Positions 36,601 to 49,900 of a DNA stretch of 64,000 bases are shown piece after piece; position 1 is the stretch's first letter, and every line of letters begins with the position of its first letter. The notes under the pieces were generated by a model. It made no database searches, had not been told where the DNA came from, and worked only from the letters and a program-made list of their open reading frames with translations. Made by a program: the position numbers and the translations under genes. Source of the stretch: Octopus bimaculoides (Eukaryota); assembly GCF_001194135.2 (NCBI RefSeq), contig NC_068984.1, forward strand, positions 43,052,185 to 43,116,184, read 5' to 3'.

Positions 36601-39600
36601 CACTTTTCTGAAGTATAAATTCTGTGTATCTTTGCATCACACACATATATGCACATACTTCTATTCACATTGAAGAACAAATAAGGGTTAGCAACAGAAA
36701 GGGCATCTAGCAATAAAACAAGACTTCAATATAGTCATTTAATCCATGCTAAGATTGAAAAACATGGAAAACAAACAAACAAGTATGAATATATATTTGT
36801 GTGTATGTGTGTATAATTGTGTGATCATTGTTTAACTTGCAATTTTCCTTTCATACGATTCTATAGTAGAGCATATTACCATTTTCTATTCATGTTCTTA
36901 CACTGTTTCATCTAGGCAGCCCAACAATATGCTAACATCTAGCATATATAGCAATGATATGTTTGTTATGATGACAGTGTTTTTCTCTTCATGATGATGA
37001 TGATGACAATGGTTAATCTCAAACTAATACTTTATTGTTTTCCCTTGTTTATTTACAGGAGCATTCAACAACTGAATCCATCACGCTATGGCTTCTCTGG
37101 AGATAATGAGGTAGCAGACATAAATGTTAAAGGTATCCTACATTGTGGATATGGCTACCAGTCCCCTAAAGAACTAATAGAGAATCTCCAAAGACAGTAC
37201 TGCGGACATATCGGTGCTGAATTTGAACATTTAGAGGTAAGATTACACAAATTTGTCTGTAACTTCAGCTGTTGGTGGTCTTTCTTATAATAATGGGTGC
37301 CATGTAAAAAGCACCTCTGCTGGTGTTACATAAAATGTACCCAATACACTCTATAAAGTGGTTGGCATTAGGAAGGGCATCTTGCCATAGAAACCTTTCC
37401 AAAACAGACAAATGTAGCCTGCTTTAGCTCTCTGGCTTGCCAGCTCCTATTGAATCATCCATCCTGTGCCACCATAGAAAATGGACATTAAATGATGATG
37501 ATGATAATGCAGCAGCACTGTGTTGTAGTTATTGTTATTTGTACCCCAGTTCAGCTCTGCTGAGGTAGGTTCCAGGCATGTCTATCTTGAATTATACTCA
37601 GATATAGCACACCTAGGGTTGCATTATCCAATTTTTTTGGATAGGTAGGTTATGATTTTGGAGAAATGTGGCTGCTATTTCTTGCATGTTGAGTAAGTGC
37701 ATAGAGGCTTCCTTGTGGGCTTGACTGAGCAGTTGTAAGAAAGAAGAAGGTTAATAGTTGTAGAATTGGTATACAACAAAAATCCATCTCATGAAATCAT
37801 TCATGTGGCTTTATGTCAGTGAGTTGTATGCATGCTCTTGTAAAAGTGTGTGGAATTATGGTTTGGGTGTTCAGCTCATGGGTTCAATTCTTGGATCAGG
37901 TGGCACATTGTATCCATGAACAGGGCACTTCATTTCCCATTGTTACAGTCCATTTAGCTGAAAATGAGTACTAGTGACAGCTCAGTAGAGATGAAATAAC
38001 CCTGCAATGGATTGTACACAGTGTTTTGAGCGGCACAGACACTTAAGAAGTGGAAGAACATCTCTGGGAAATGATGAATGATCTGGAAGACCTGCCACAA
38101 GCATCACCCCTGGAAAAGTGGAATTGTGCATCAAGAATTCATCCCCAAGGGCCAGATTGTCAATTGAGAGTTCTACTGCAATGTTTTGAAGCATCTAAAG
38201 GACATTTGGCAAAAACAATTGGATCTGTAGAGCGCAAAGATTCACAATGACAGTGCACCCTGTCACTGAGCTCTCCTCACTTGTGAGTTTCTTGCCAAAA
38301 ACAACATGATATCGTTTCCACACCTTCCATGTTTGCCAGATTTAACACCTGCAAACTTCTGTCTCTTATCCAAGACGAGAATGCAGCTCAAAGGTCACCA
38401 TTTTAATACCGCTGTCAAGATTCGGAGTGAATTGCAAAAGGTCCTCAACTCACTTACAGGAAACAACTTTCAGGCTGGATTCCAAAAGTGGCAGGAACGC
38501 TGGCTCGGACCAGTGTGTTGCTGCGCAAAGTCACTATTTCGAAGGAGATGATTTTAAAACTTGGGTAAATAAGTTATTTTTTATTAACCATAACTAGTCA
38601 TGGAACTTTTTGATACCACCTCATACTTCAAAGCAATGAATTCTATTTCGTTATGATTGCTATGAAGTAGCTAAGTCATCATTGTTGTCATCATCATCAT
38701 CATCAATGATCTTATGTCTTCTTTTTCAATGCTTGCATAGGCTGGACAAGACTTCTTGAAGCAGTATTCTATGGCTGAGTTTACCTTCTTAATACCAGCC
38801 TTTACTTGTTTACAAATAATGTACTTTCATTATTATAATTCCATGTCTTTCATTATTATAATTCCAACTACTAAGCTACCAGACTTTTTGTTTATATGAG
38901 ATATGAACATCATCACCACTACACAAGCAATATGCATACAAAGACACAGAAACAAAAGTCCGAAAGATGGAGAGTGACAGCTATACACGTAAAGAGACTG
39001 TCTCCAGGCTGGAATGTCAGAGACACTGCTTGACACATCCATGCTCTATTGCTGGCCAGCAAGAAAGAGATAGAATTAAGCGGGAAAGCTTGCTTGTTTA
39101 ATTCCATGCATGCGTGAGACTACGCATGCGCACGGCGTTACTACATACTTATCTTAGCATAAATTATGTAATCTTTGCATAGATTATGTAATTTTTGCAT
39201 CATAAATTATGCATGTCTAGTTTTACAAGTATAAATTACAAATGCATATCATCATCATCATCATGATTTAATGTCTGCTCCTTGCTGGCATGTGTTGGAC
39301 ACACACAAACCAGTAAAGGAGTACTATGTGTTTCTTGACCTATGAGAAATAGCAGCCAAATCATCTTCAAACCACACCGTACTATCTATAAAAACACATT
39401 GGAAAATGTAGTCTAGGGTACGCTGTGACTGATAAAGAGATTGGATTGTCTTGGCTAGACTGTCTCAATCAGAGCAATCAGTTTGGGAGTAAATAGCAAC
39501 AAACAAACAAATAAGTGAAAGCCACTCTACTTAACAAAAATCAAAATGTTGTTACTATTTTCTTTCATAGAATGAAGTGGAACGAGAATGGTTTGCTCAT

Positions 39601-42600
39601 GCTTTTGAGACAAAAGATTCCATTGAAGTGTCTGCTGAACGTCAGATATCTCTGGCCAAGTTGATGCTTCGTTGCCAGGTATTGTATTCAAAATTTTGTA
39701 TGTCTTTGAATGACTTATTATTGGTTTGATGTTGTGAACATTTTAAATCTGCTTTTTTTGTTTTTTTTAGATATGTTTCTTTTAACACTGATTCGATTAT
39801 CTTTGATAAATAACTCTTATACTCAGATGTATTTTTTCTTTTTTTTTCTTTTTTTTTTTGCAAATATAGCAGACATTTTGTTCTTCATAAGGCCAGCAGT
39901 TCAACTGTAGTATTGGGTGGGAGTGTTACTGCAATTTTAGTTTTTGACTTGGATCATTAAAGACATACACAGCAGAATTGTTAGCACCATGGCCAAAATA
40001 CTTCACAGCATTTTGTGAATCTTAACATTCTGAGTTAAAATTCTTCCAAGGATGACTTTACCTTTCAGAGTCAATAAAATAAGTAATAGTTGGGTACTGG
40101 AGTTAATATAATTTGCTAGCCTCTTCCCCAAATTTCAGGTCTTCTGCCTATCATCATCATCATCATCATCATCGTTTAACGTCCGCTTTCCATGCTAGCA
40201 TGGGTTGGACGATTTGACTGAGGACTGGTGAACCAGATGGCTACACCAGGCTCCAATCTGATTTGGCAGAGTTTCCACAGCTGGATACCCTTCCTAACGC
40301 CAACCACTCCGAGAGTGTAGTGGGTGCTTTTACGTGCCACCAACACGAAGGCCAGTTAGTTGGTACTGGCAACGGCCACGCTCAAAATGGTATATTTTGT
40401 GTGCCACCTGCACAGGAGCCAGTCCAGCGGCACTGGCAATGATCTCGCTTGAATGTCTTTTCACGTGCCAGGAAGGCAACGCTGGGCACAGGTGCCATCA
40501 CGATTTCGCTTTCGCTTGCCCCAACAGGTCTTCGCAAGCCGAGTTTAGTGTCCAATGAAGGAGACGACGTTGGCATGGGTGCCAGTCGACGAATTTAGTT
40601 CGATTTCGATTTCACTTGCCTCAACGGGTCTTCGCAAGCAGAGTCTAGTGTCCAATAAAGGAAGGTACGCATAAGTGGGCTGGCTACACCCCTGGCAGAG
40701 GCCTTTATTATTATAAATATCATTAAGGCAGCCAGCTGGCAGAATATTTAGCACATCAGACAAAATGCTCAGCAACATTTCTCTCAGCTCTACTTTCAGA
40801 GTTCAAGTCCCACCAAGGTTGACTTAACTTTTCATCCTTTTGGGTCAATTTCCCACTTGATCACCTGTTTTTTATTCATTACCTTTAGTAATTTCTCTAT
40901 GCTGGTGTGTAAATATTCTAGTTGGCTTTTTTTTCTTCTGTCCATACTCTCTTCCACCCTGGTCTCTCTTCAAGTATAGCCAGTTAGTATTAGCTTTCAG
41001 ATGGTGGGCTCCATACATAGTCAACAGCTTCCCAGTTTTTCTGTCAAGTTTCTGTATGTCACTTTTTGTCCAATCTACAATTTTAGCTCCATATCTGATA
41101 AAAGATACTGCTCATACATTTATTATGTCAATAACATTGTTTGAATCATCATCATCATCATCCTGTCAACATACTAAGTTGTTGGATAACCATACTTCTG
41201 ACTTCAATTGTAAATTATTACTATTATCAGGCATTTGACCAATTCCTTGCTTCCAAGTTTACCACTGTCAAAAGATATGGAGGAGAAGGTTGTGAAAGTA
41301 TGATGGCAGCTTTTGATGAAATCTTTTCTAGGTCATCCCAATGTAAGTTTGACTATTTCTTTCTTTCAATTTTTTGACTGTTCAAAAGCAATAATTTTTC
41401 TTTTGGTCCTGACATTACTGCTCTGAGAATTTGTTTTTTCAAATGAAAAACATCCAAAGTTGCTATTAATTTAGTTCACTAATAACATACCTCTATACTT
41501 CTGGCCATTTTGTGAATTTAAATGAAGTGATAAATCAAAGCTTAATAGGCATGTCTATGCTGATCAAGAAACTTGCTTTGCAAACACATAATGTGCCACT
41601 GCACAGCATCTTAGGCAAGGAAGTTCTACTATAGTCGAAGGCCAACCAATGCTTTGTAAGTGAATTTTGGAGATGGAAGCTGTGTGGAAGCCTTTTGCAT
41701 ATCTGTATATGTGTGTGTCATTGTCTTTGTCTCCTCTGCCAGCATTTTCCAACTGAGAGTAGTTTGTTTACATCTCTGAAACATACTGATTTGGCAAAAG
41801 AGGCCAAAAGAATAGATACTAAACTTGAAAAAAATAAGTACTGTGGTAGCATGGCCACAGTTCAATGATGGAAACAAGTAAATGATAAAAGATAAATTAC
41901 GGTAAATTTTAAATTGCAATGCCTTTCTTTCAGATGGTGTCACAGACATAGTCATGTGTATGCCCCATCGTGGTCGGCTTAACTTTCTGACTACAATGCT
42001 GGATTTCCCTCCTGTTCGCATGTTCCGAAAGGTATGTTTTTATTTCTTTGCCACAGATTACTTCTTTTACTTCTACCTAAAGTGCCTTTAGGTAGAGAAA
42101 TTTGTCTATTTCTTTTTAAATAAAACTGGTGATGATAAGTCCTATTAAGCAATTTGGTTAGAGGAACCCTATTTTCTTTTATAAAGTATACATAGGGAAC
42201 ACCATCTTGGCAGGGTTTGTTAAACATCTCATTTTAAGCTTTAGTCTTAACAGAAGTTGAACTTAGTACAACAAAATAATAAAATGTGTGTTGGTTATAT
42301 AAATCCCTTACATTGAAAAACTTTCACTTATCCATGATACTTATCATCATCATCGTAGTTTAATGTCCGTTTTTCATGCTAGCATGGGTTGGACGATTTG
42401 ACTGAGGACCGGTGGACCAGGTGGCTACACCAGGCTTCAATCTGATTTGGCAGAGTTTCTACAGCTGGATGCCCTTCCTAAGTGTAGTGGGNNNNNNNNN
42501 NAGTTTCTACAGCTGGATGCCCTTCCTAAGTGTAGTGGGTGCTTTTACGTGCCACCAGCACGAAGGCCAGTCAGGCGGTACTGGCAACAACCACGCTCAA

Positions 42601-45600
42601 AATGGTGTATTTTACGTGATACACTTGTAAAATAACATTGCTGAGCCTTCCTAGACTAGTCTTGAAATATTTGAAGAAGAAGAAAAAATGAGATTGTTTG
42701 GCATTGTCTGGAGTGACATCAGCTTCTTGTATCTTGCTGCGTATTTGTGTTTTCTTGCTGTGTTTTCTTGCTGCATATTTGTGTTTTCAAATAGCTATAT
42801 TCTTTACATGCTTCAAAGTTTACATGCTGTGTGCCTGTACATTTGTAATACTATAACCACTATGGATTGTTAACATTGGTACAGTGCTGTTTGAGATATG
42901 ATTATTATCATCATTATTATATGCTTTCCATGCTGGCATGGATTGTACAGGTTGTTGTCATGGTCTGAATCAAGGGACCATGTCTTGCTCATATGTTTCA
43001 ATTTTTGACATGGTCTTTACTGGCATATGCTCTTCCTAAAGTCAGTGTCTAGTAAAAAAAGTTGGCTGAAGTAGTAATTCTCTGTGTTAAGTCATATATA
43101 AACCAAATTTTTCTTTTTTTTAATATTTTAATATACCTGACATTCATAAATTATTCTCTTATAGATGAAAGGTCTGACAGAGTTACCTCCTATGGCCAAG
43201 GGAAGTGGTGATGTTTTATCACATTTATGTAAGTTTTAAATTTCTTAATTATCTGGGGGTTTTTTTCCTTTTATATGTAGACATACATAAATAAGACTTT
43301 TTAATTTATATGTCTATGTAAATGTTGTTTTTATCTATACCCAATATAAACGTTATGTCTCTTTTAGCTGCTACTGGTTCCTAGTAACCCTGGGAATCTG
43401 TCAAGTGGCTTGGATGACTAAATCAGCCCTCTTTCCTCCAGTTAAGTGGAGGAAGAGAGTGTATGGAGAACTGAGGAGGATTAACAATAAAAGCTAACAA
43501 AGGATGGAAGAATGTGTCCAGGAGAAGACAAATTACCTTTTGAGACATGCATTGTTATACATCTCTGGTTCCCCAAGCTATATGTTAGATATGATGATGA
43601 GGGTTCCCGTTGATTCAATCAACCGAACAGCCTGCTTATGAAATTAACATGCAAGTGGATGAGCACTCCGCAGACATGTGTACCCTTAATGTAGTTCTCA
43701 GGGAGATTCAGTGTGACACAGAATGTCACAAAGCTAGCCTTTTGAAACAAAAGTACTACTCATAATTGCCAGCTGAGTGAATTGGTACAACATGAAATAA
43801 AGTATCTTGCTCAAGGATACAGCACCCCATCGACAATCAAACTCATGACCTTACAATCATAAGCTGAACACCCTAACCTGTAAGCCACATGCCTTCTCCT
43901 GAGCTGTTGTAATCAACAGGTAGAATAACTCGAAATGTTCACTAATTATTGAGAGAAATGAGTACCTCATACAATTCAGAAATTTAATATTGAAACTATA
44001 CTCTGTCACTACTTTAAGTATCTGATTCTAATTTTTTGCTTGCTTCTTCAAAGCCTTGAAGAAATATAGTTATGTAGGGAAGCTTTGAAGAACATAAAAG
44101 AAACAGGAAACTTGGAATAGAGACTGTGAAGCCTCAACTTTGAATGTATATATGTGTTTATGTGGAGGCAACTGTTTGATAAGAGATCTTGAGAAAGCTT
44201 ATTTAAAAGCACAATCTATGTATTTTATAGATATGTAACAAGAAGTAATATTGATTCCTTACATAAGCACAAGACCTCAAATTTGGTGGAGGGATATAGT
44301 TGGTTTTGTTGATCCCAGTACTTAAATGGTTTTATTTTGTTGACCTTGGAAAGATAAAAGGCTAAGTTTACTTCAGCAGTATTTGAACACCAAACCCAGT
44401 AGTCTGTAACTGAATACTGTAAAGCATTTCATCCAATGCTATACATTACACTAACCTTGTAACATGAAATATTAAGAAGAAAAGAATATTAATAGCATGT
44501 AGATACAACCAGTTAGATACAACAGCCAAATCTCTCAAATCATACTCTACTGCCTTAAGAGAAAGGAGAAAGATGCTTTATATGATGTAATCTTATAGAT
44601 TCTTACAAAACAGGATGATCATGGATAGAGTGCTTTTAACTATAAATTTGCCTAATTACGGCTGACCTGGAGCTAAACAACATTTTCAGCCTGTATAACT
44701 TTTGAGGAGTACACTGAGAATAACACAGAAAAGAGTGAAACTTAAAAAAATAGAGTAGCTGAAACACAAAAGATTAGAGTTCAGTGCGTATAACACTTCA
44801 GTGACTGAAGTGGTTGAATCTAAAAGTAAAAGAATGGAAATCTTAAAACTACAAACTATTAGACTAACACTTTGATGCGTATCTGTTCAAGCTTGTCTGC
44901 CTAGAATAATAGGATTGTTTTATATTTGAACCAAAAGAATTGATAGTTAGTAACTGCAGTTACGCTGACTGATTTCTCTGTTTTCAGACACATCACAAGA
45001 TCTGAAATATGGTGATAATAGTGTTCATGTGTCTTTGATTCCTAATCCATCTCATTTAGAGGTAAGTTTAAAATATCATATGGCACAGGTTTGTTCATTC
45101 ATTTTATGTCCATTTTTTCCATGCTAGTTTAGAGTGAACAAATACATATTGAAACATTGTCTTTAGAACCAGATGCTTTTCCTGTTGCTTAACCTCATCT
45201 GTTTTTCAAGTGAGGAACATATTTATACTAGTCGTCTGGGTTGATTCATAAGCAAGGTTTGTCAACTAATGTCACCACCTTTTGCTCTTTACTCTCTGTG
45301 GTAAGTTGCAGAATGTAAGCACACAGGCACACAGACTGAGCCCTGTCCGCCTAGCCATCAGGGTGGCATTCATTCAAAAGCTACAACAATGCAAGGAAGC
45401 ACATTGTGACAAATGGTATATAAGAACAGATATTCTGGTTGACACAGTGAAATAGAACTCAAGACTATATGCTAACAAATAAAGTCCCTATCCACATGGC
45501 CATGCCTGCACCTATGCTATGCCTATACACATACAATGGACTTCTGTATAGTTTTTATCTGTCACTTTCACTCACAAAGCATTACTCTACCTAAAGTGCC

Positions 45601-46949
45601 ATACAGTGAAATAGAACTCCAGACTTTATGCTAATAAATAAAATCCCTATCCACATAACCATGCCTGCACCTATGCTATTCCTTCTATTCAAATGCCATT
45701 TTCTTTATAGCCTGATGCATGCACATTGTATGGATGGATTTCCAATAATAATAATGATGATGATTTATAACTTGATGAACATCGTCACTTAAATGAATAC
45801 TGTTAATATACTTGTATCATATTTATTGATTGTGTCTTTCTCTAAAAATGTGTGGGTTTGTGCCTGAAAATTATCATTATTAGAAAACACAGTGATTGAT
45901 GGAATCATCAGGCTAACAGATGGAATGCAATATTTGGTTATATCTTCTAGTTCTAACTTCACTAGAATCAAATTTGCCTTTTGATCAGCTGGTAATTTTA
46001 TAAATAAATTCTAGTCAAATAAATGGTACCCTAAAATTGGTACCTTTATACCTTTGTTAAAAATTATTATCAGGTAAATGATGGAGGGGTAAATTGATTG
46101 AGCATCAGATAAAAATATGTGAAATTTATTTGTATCTCAATGTTTTGAACTCAGATACCATAGAGGCCAGCATAACCTCTTCCATTGAAGCACTCTACCA
46201 AATGTGTGATCTTGTTCCAATATTGAAATCATAATTTCTTTTAGGGCAAAATTCTTTACAATATTTAGTTAGAGATGAAATGAAGTCCTGTCAAGTTCTA
46301 GTGTTGATTTAATTGACTAATTCCATCTGTTTAGCTTTTTGTTTTTGTACCTATGTTAGAAATTACTATTAATATTATTATTTTCTTTTGTCAAAAGAAT
46401 AATTTTTGTTCCATTTAACAGGCTAATAATCCTGTGGCTGTGGGTAAGGCACGTGCAAAGATACAATCTCTGAAGATCGGAGACTATGGTCATGACGGTG
46501 TAACTCAAAATAAAGATGTACTTTGTTTCCAAGTACATGGTGATGCTTCCTTCTCAGCTCAGGTACTTATAGTTTTATTTTTAATCTGTGCTTACCAACC
46601 ACATGGTTCCGGGTTCAGTCCCACTGCGTGGCACTTTGGGCAAGTGTCTTCTACTATAGCTTGAGGCCGACCAAAGCCTTGTGAGTGGATTTGGTAGACG
46701 GAAACTGAAAGAAGGCCGTCGTACATATGTATATGTATATACATATATGTGTGGTTGTGTGTCTGTGTTTTCCCCCCAACATCGCTTGACAACCGATGCT
46801 GGTGTGTTTACGTCCCTGTAACTTAGCGGTTCGGCAAAAGACACCGATAGAATAAGTCCTGGGTTTGATTTGCTTGACTAAAAGGCAGCGCTCCAGCATG
46901 GCCGCAGTCAAATGACTGAAACAAGTAAAAGAATAAAAGGAGTAAAGAG

Positions 46950-46996
<47 letters not shown>

Positions 46997-49900
46997 ACCT
47001 TTTCTCCAGGGTATTATATTAGCTGTGTGATAGGAATGAGACTTAAAATTTGACGTTGAAACTAGGGCAGTTACTTGGTTTACTGAGAACTTAACCAACT
47101 CTTCATAGAATATGCTTTCTATGTTATTTTAGAAACTTCTAATATCCATTTACTGTGCTCCGTTTAACTTGCCCATATCTTATTGTCGCATATTGAGCAA
47201 CGTCTCGTCACTGGAATTCACCAAATAGTTTGTGTGCCTTGATATGAAAAGAATTGTAATATATTTGGAGCAAGGAACCTCATCAGAGATGAAATTCACT
47301 GTTGTTGAAATGCTATTTGCTGAGATAGACCAACACCAGTCTTCTCAAATTGGAGCTTTTCACTTTTCTATCCCCAATAGAGTCTTTAACCAAAAACAGC
47401 CGCTTTTCAATGGGGATTTGAATAATTAGCTATGTTTATATGAAAAAAGAAGGCTACCATCATCAATATTGGCATCATCATCATCACCATCTCCAATATC
47501 CTCTTCATTGTTATCAAGATTATTATTATTTTGTGCTTACATTACACTTTCAGGGTATTATCAGTGAAACCTTTAGTTTTGCTGAGTGTGCTCATTTTTC
47601 TGTTGGTGGCAGCATACATCTGATAGTTAACAACCAAATTGGTTTCACAACTGAAGCTGAAAGAGGAAGGTGAGTCCATGTAAATTTTCAATGACCTTAA
47701 TTAGTATATGCTATAATTGCTAAAAAAAAGTTTCAAGTGTTGAAATCTTGCCCATGGCTTGAGTTTGAATCAAACCTTTACTTCACACAAGGTTCTAAAT
47801 GACTATGATTCTGTAAGGCAGATATTTATCAGTATAGTTGAACGTTTGTGACTGACAAAATGGATTCTATTCTTTATTATTAAGTGGTTATTATTAAGAA
47901 AGACATCTATTTGTAAAAATACTTAATACAGTAGATTATATACTTTTCAGATGCAGTACAGTAGGTGAAGGTCTATGGCCTAGTGGTAAAGGTGTTGAAC
48001 TCATGATCACAAGGTCATGGGTACAAATTCCCAGATTAGGTGGCATGGTGTGTCTCTTAGCAAAGCATTTCAGTTCATGTTACTCTAACCTACCAGCCAG
48101 AGGTTGTGATGGTGAATAATAATTACAGAATTTTATGGGATTTTCCATAAAGACTGACCATACTGTTGATACCAGATGACTAGATATGATTGTAGAGGAC
48201 ATAAAAAAATAGTGTAAGATCATAGGCTTTACTATATAATAATAGAGTGTTACCAAAGAAATTGAAAAATATCAGGATCTAGCCATAGAGATTAAGAGAT
48301 TGTGTTCTTGTTATTAGTGGTGCACTTGGCACAAAATCCAAACAACTACCTAAGAGATTGAAGGTTACTGGAATTGAGACCTGCAGAAAAGTGCTGTCCT
48401 GTATTTTATAAGGACCCTAAGGAAGATGCTTGAGTCTTGAGACTTGTCACTTAACCTCAAGATAACATCCTTTCTAACTAAAGTAACATGTAATACTTTC
48501 TAATAATAATAAATTTCTTTCGAGTGTTTTACTAAGTATCTACTCATCTATTCTTTTGTCAATTGTGATGAAAATAAGCCAACTTGATTGAATGTGGTTT
48601 CTTGTTTGGTACCTCACTTTTCTGTGTATAGGAATCAGTAAAATTAGCTACAACAATATATTATGGCTTGGTGGTTGTTCAATTTAGTTGACTGTATTCA
48701 CTAACCTGATGAAGTTAACTTCATACTTTCTGAAAAGAAATAATTTTATTTATTTATTTTCCATTCTAATTGTATATTAAGACTCAGGAATGTATTTAAA
48801 ATGTGTCTTCTCTGTATTCTTATTCTTCCAGGTCTTCCATGTATTGCTCAGACCAGGCAAAGATAAATGGTTACCCTGTTCTTCATGTGAATGCTGATGA
48901 CCCAAAAGTATGTTCTGCAATGTCTGATCATATTTTGTTATCATGTACTCAAAGCCCTTATCCATATATAGACAAATCACTTGTACTTGTTTATCAGTTA
49001 TTCTTTTCAAATTGATTTTCAAATAAAGTTTCTTTTTATTTTCGTTAATTACATGAAGGAAGAGGGGCAGTGCAATGGCACCCTAATCTTTGCAAAGTAT
49101 CCAGTTTTGTGAGGTACTGCAGTGAATGTGTAGTTTGAACTTCTGTAGTTTAATGTCAGTTGGAAAACAAATAAGAGGACTAAACAAAGAGAGTAATGAT
49201 TGGCTAATGAGTTAAGTGCAGGGTTTTGGATGAGAGATGCAGCAAGGATGGCAAACAGTTGCTGCATTGGATGAGCTAGGTTTGTGGAGATATTCAGGAA
49301 TAGGGAATATTTTAGTGGCATCAGGAATAGAGATGAGAAAACATGCATCTTTGAGCTAATATGTGTAGTAGATTAGCAATTGTATAAGTGAACCAGTTTG
49401 AAAGTAGAGATATCTGATATACCAGCCAGATTATTATGAAATCAGCCTGGTAGTTTAAACACCATTGATTTATACCCTGTTGGGGTTATACTGTGGATGT
49501 TAGGTCTCTCATGTAGGCTAAGGCATGAAGATGATTGTTTCTTTAGCTTTTAGTGATAATTGTAGCTGTGCTGTTCTGCAGGACTAGCCTGAGCTTAAGC
49601 ACTCTATCGTATACCCTGACAATCTCTATGACCTTACCCATTTCTCCGCAAAGAGTATGCCTACACCCCCTATTCCATCCATGTTACATTGCCTGTGAGG
49701 ACCCTAGCTGAAGCTCCTCTCCATCTTACCTCTTGTATGCAGCATACATCGACACGTCTCCTTTCAAGCATCTCTACAATCTCACTTGACCTACCCTTCA
49801 GTGTGCCTACATTGACAGTGCCAACTCTGAAAACTGGGAAAGGAATGTGGGGTGAGGCTTGGGGAGGAGAGATGTTATTCAGCGCTTGAAAAAGAGAGGA

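Noticed and set aside
42455-42540. Exact tandem duplication agtttctacagctggatgcccttcctaagtgtagtggg on both sides of an N run
   Set aside because: Typical unmerged contig overlap at a scaffold gap; assembly artefact.
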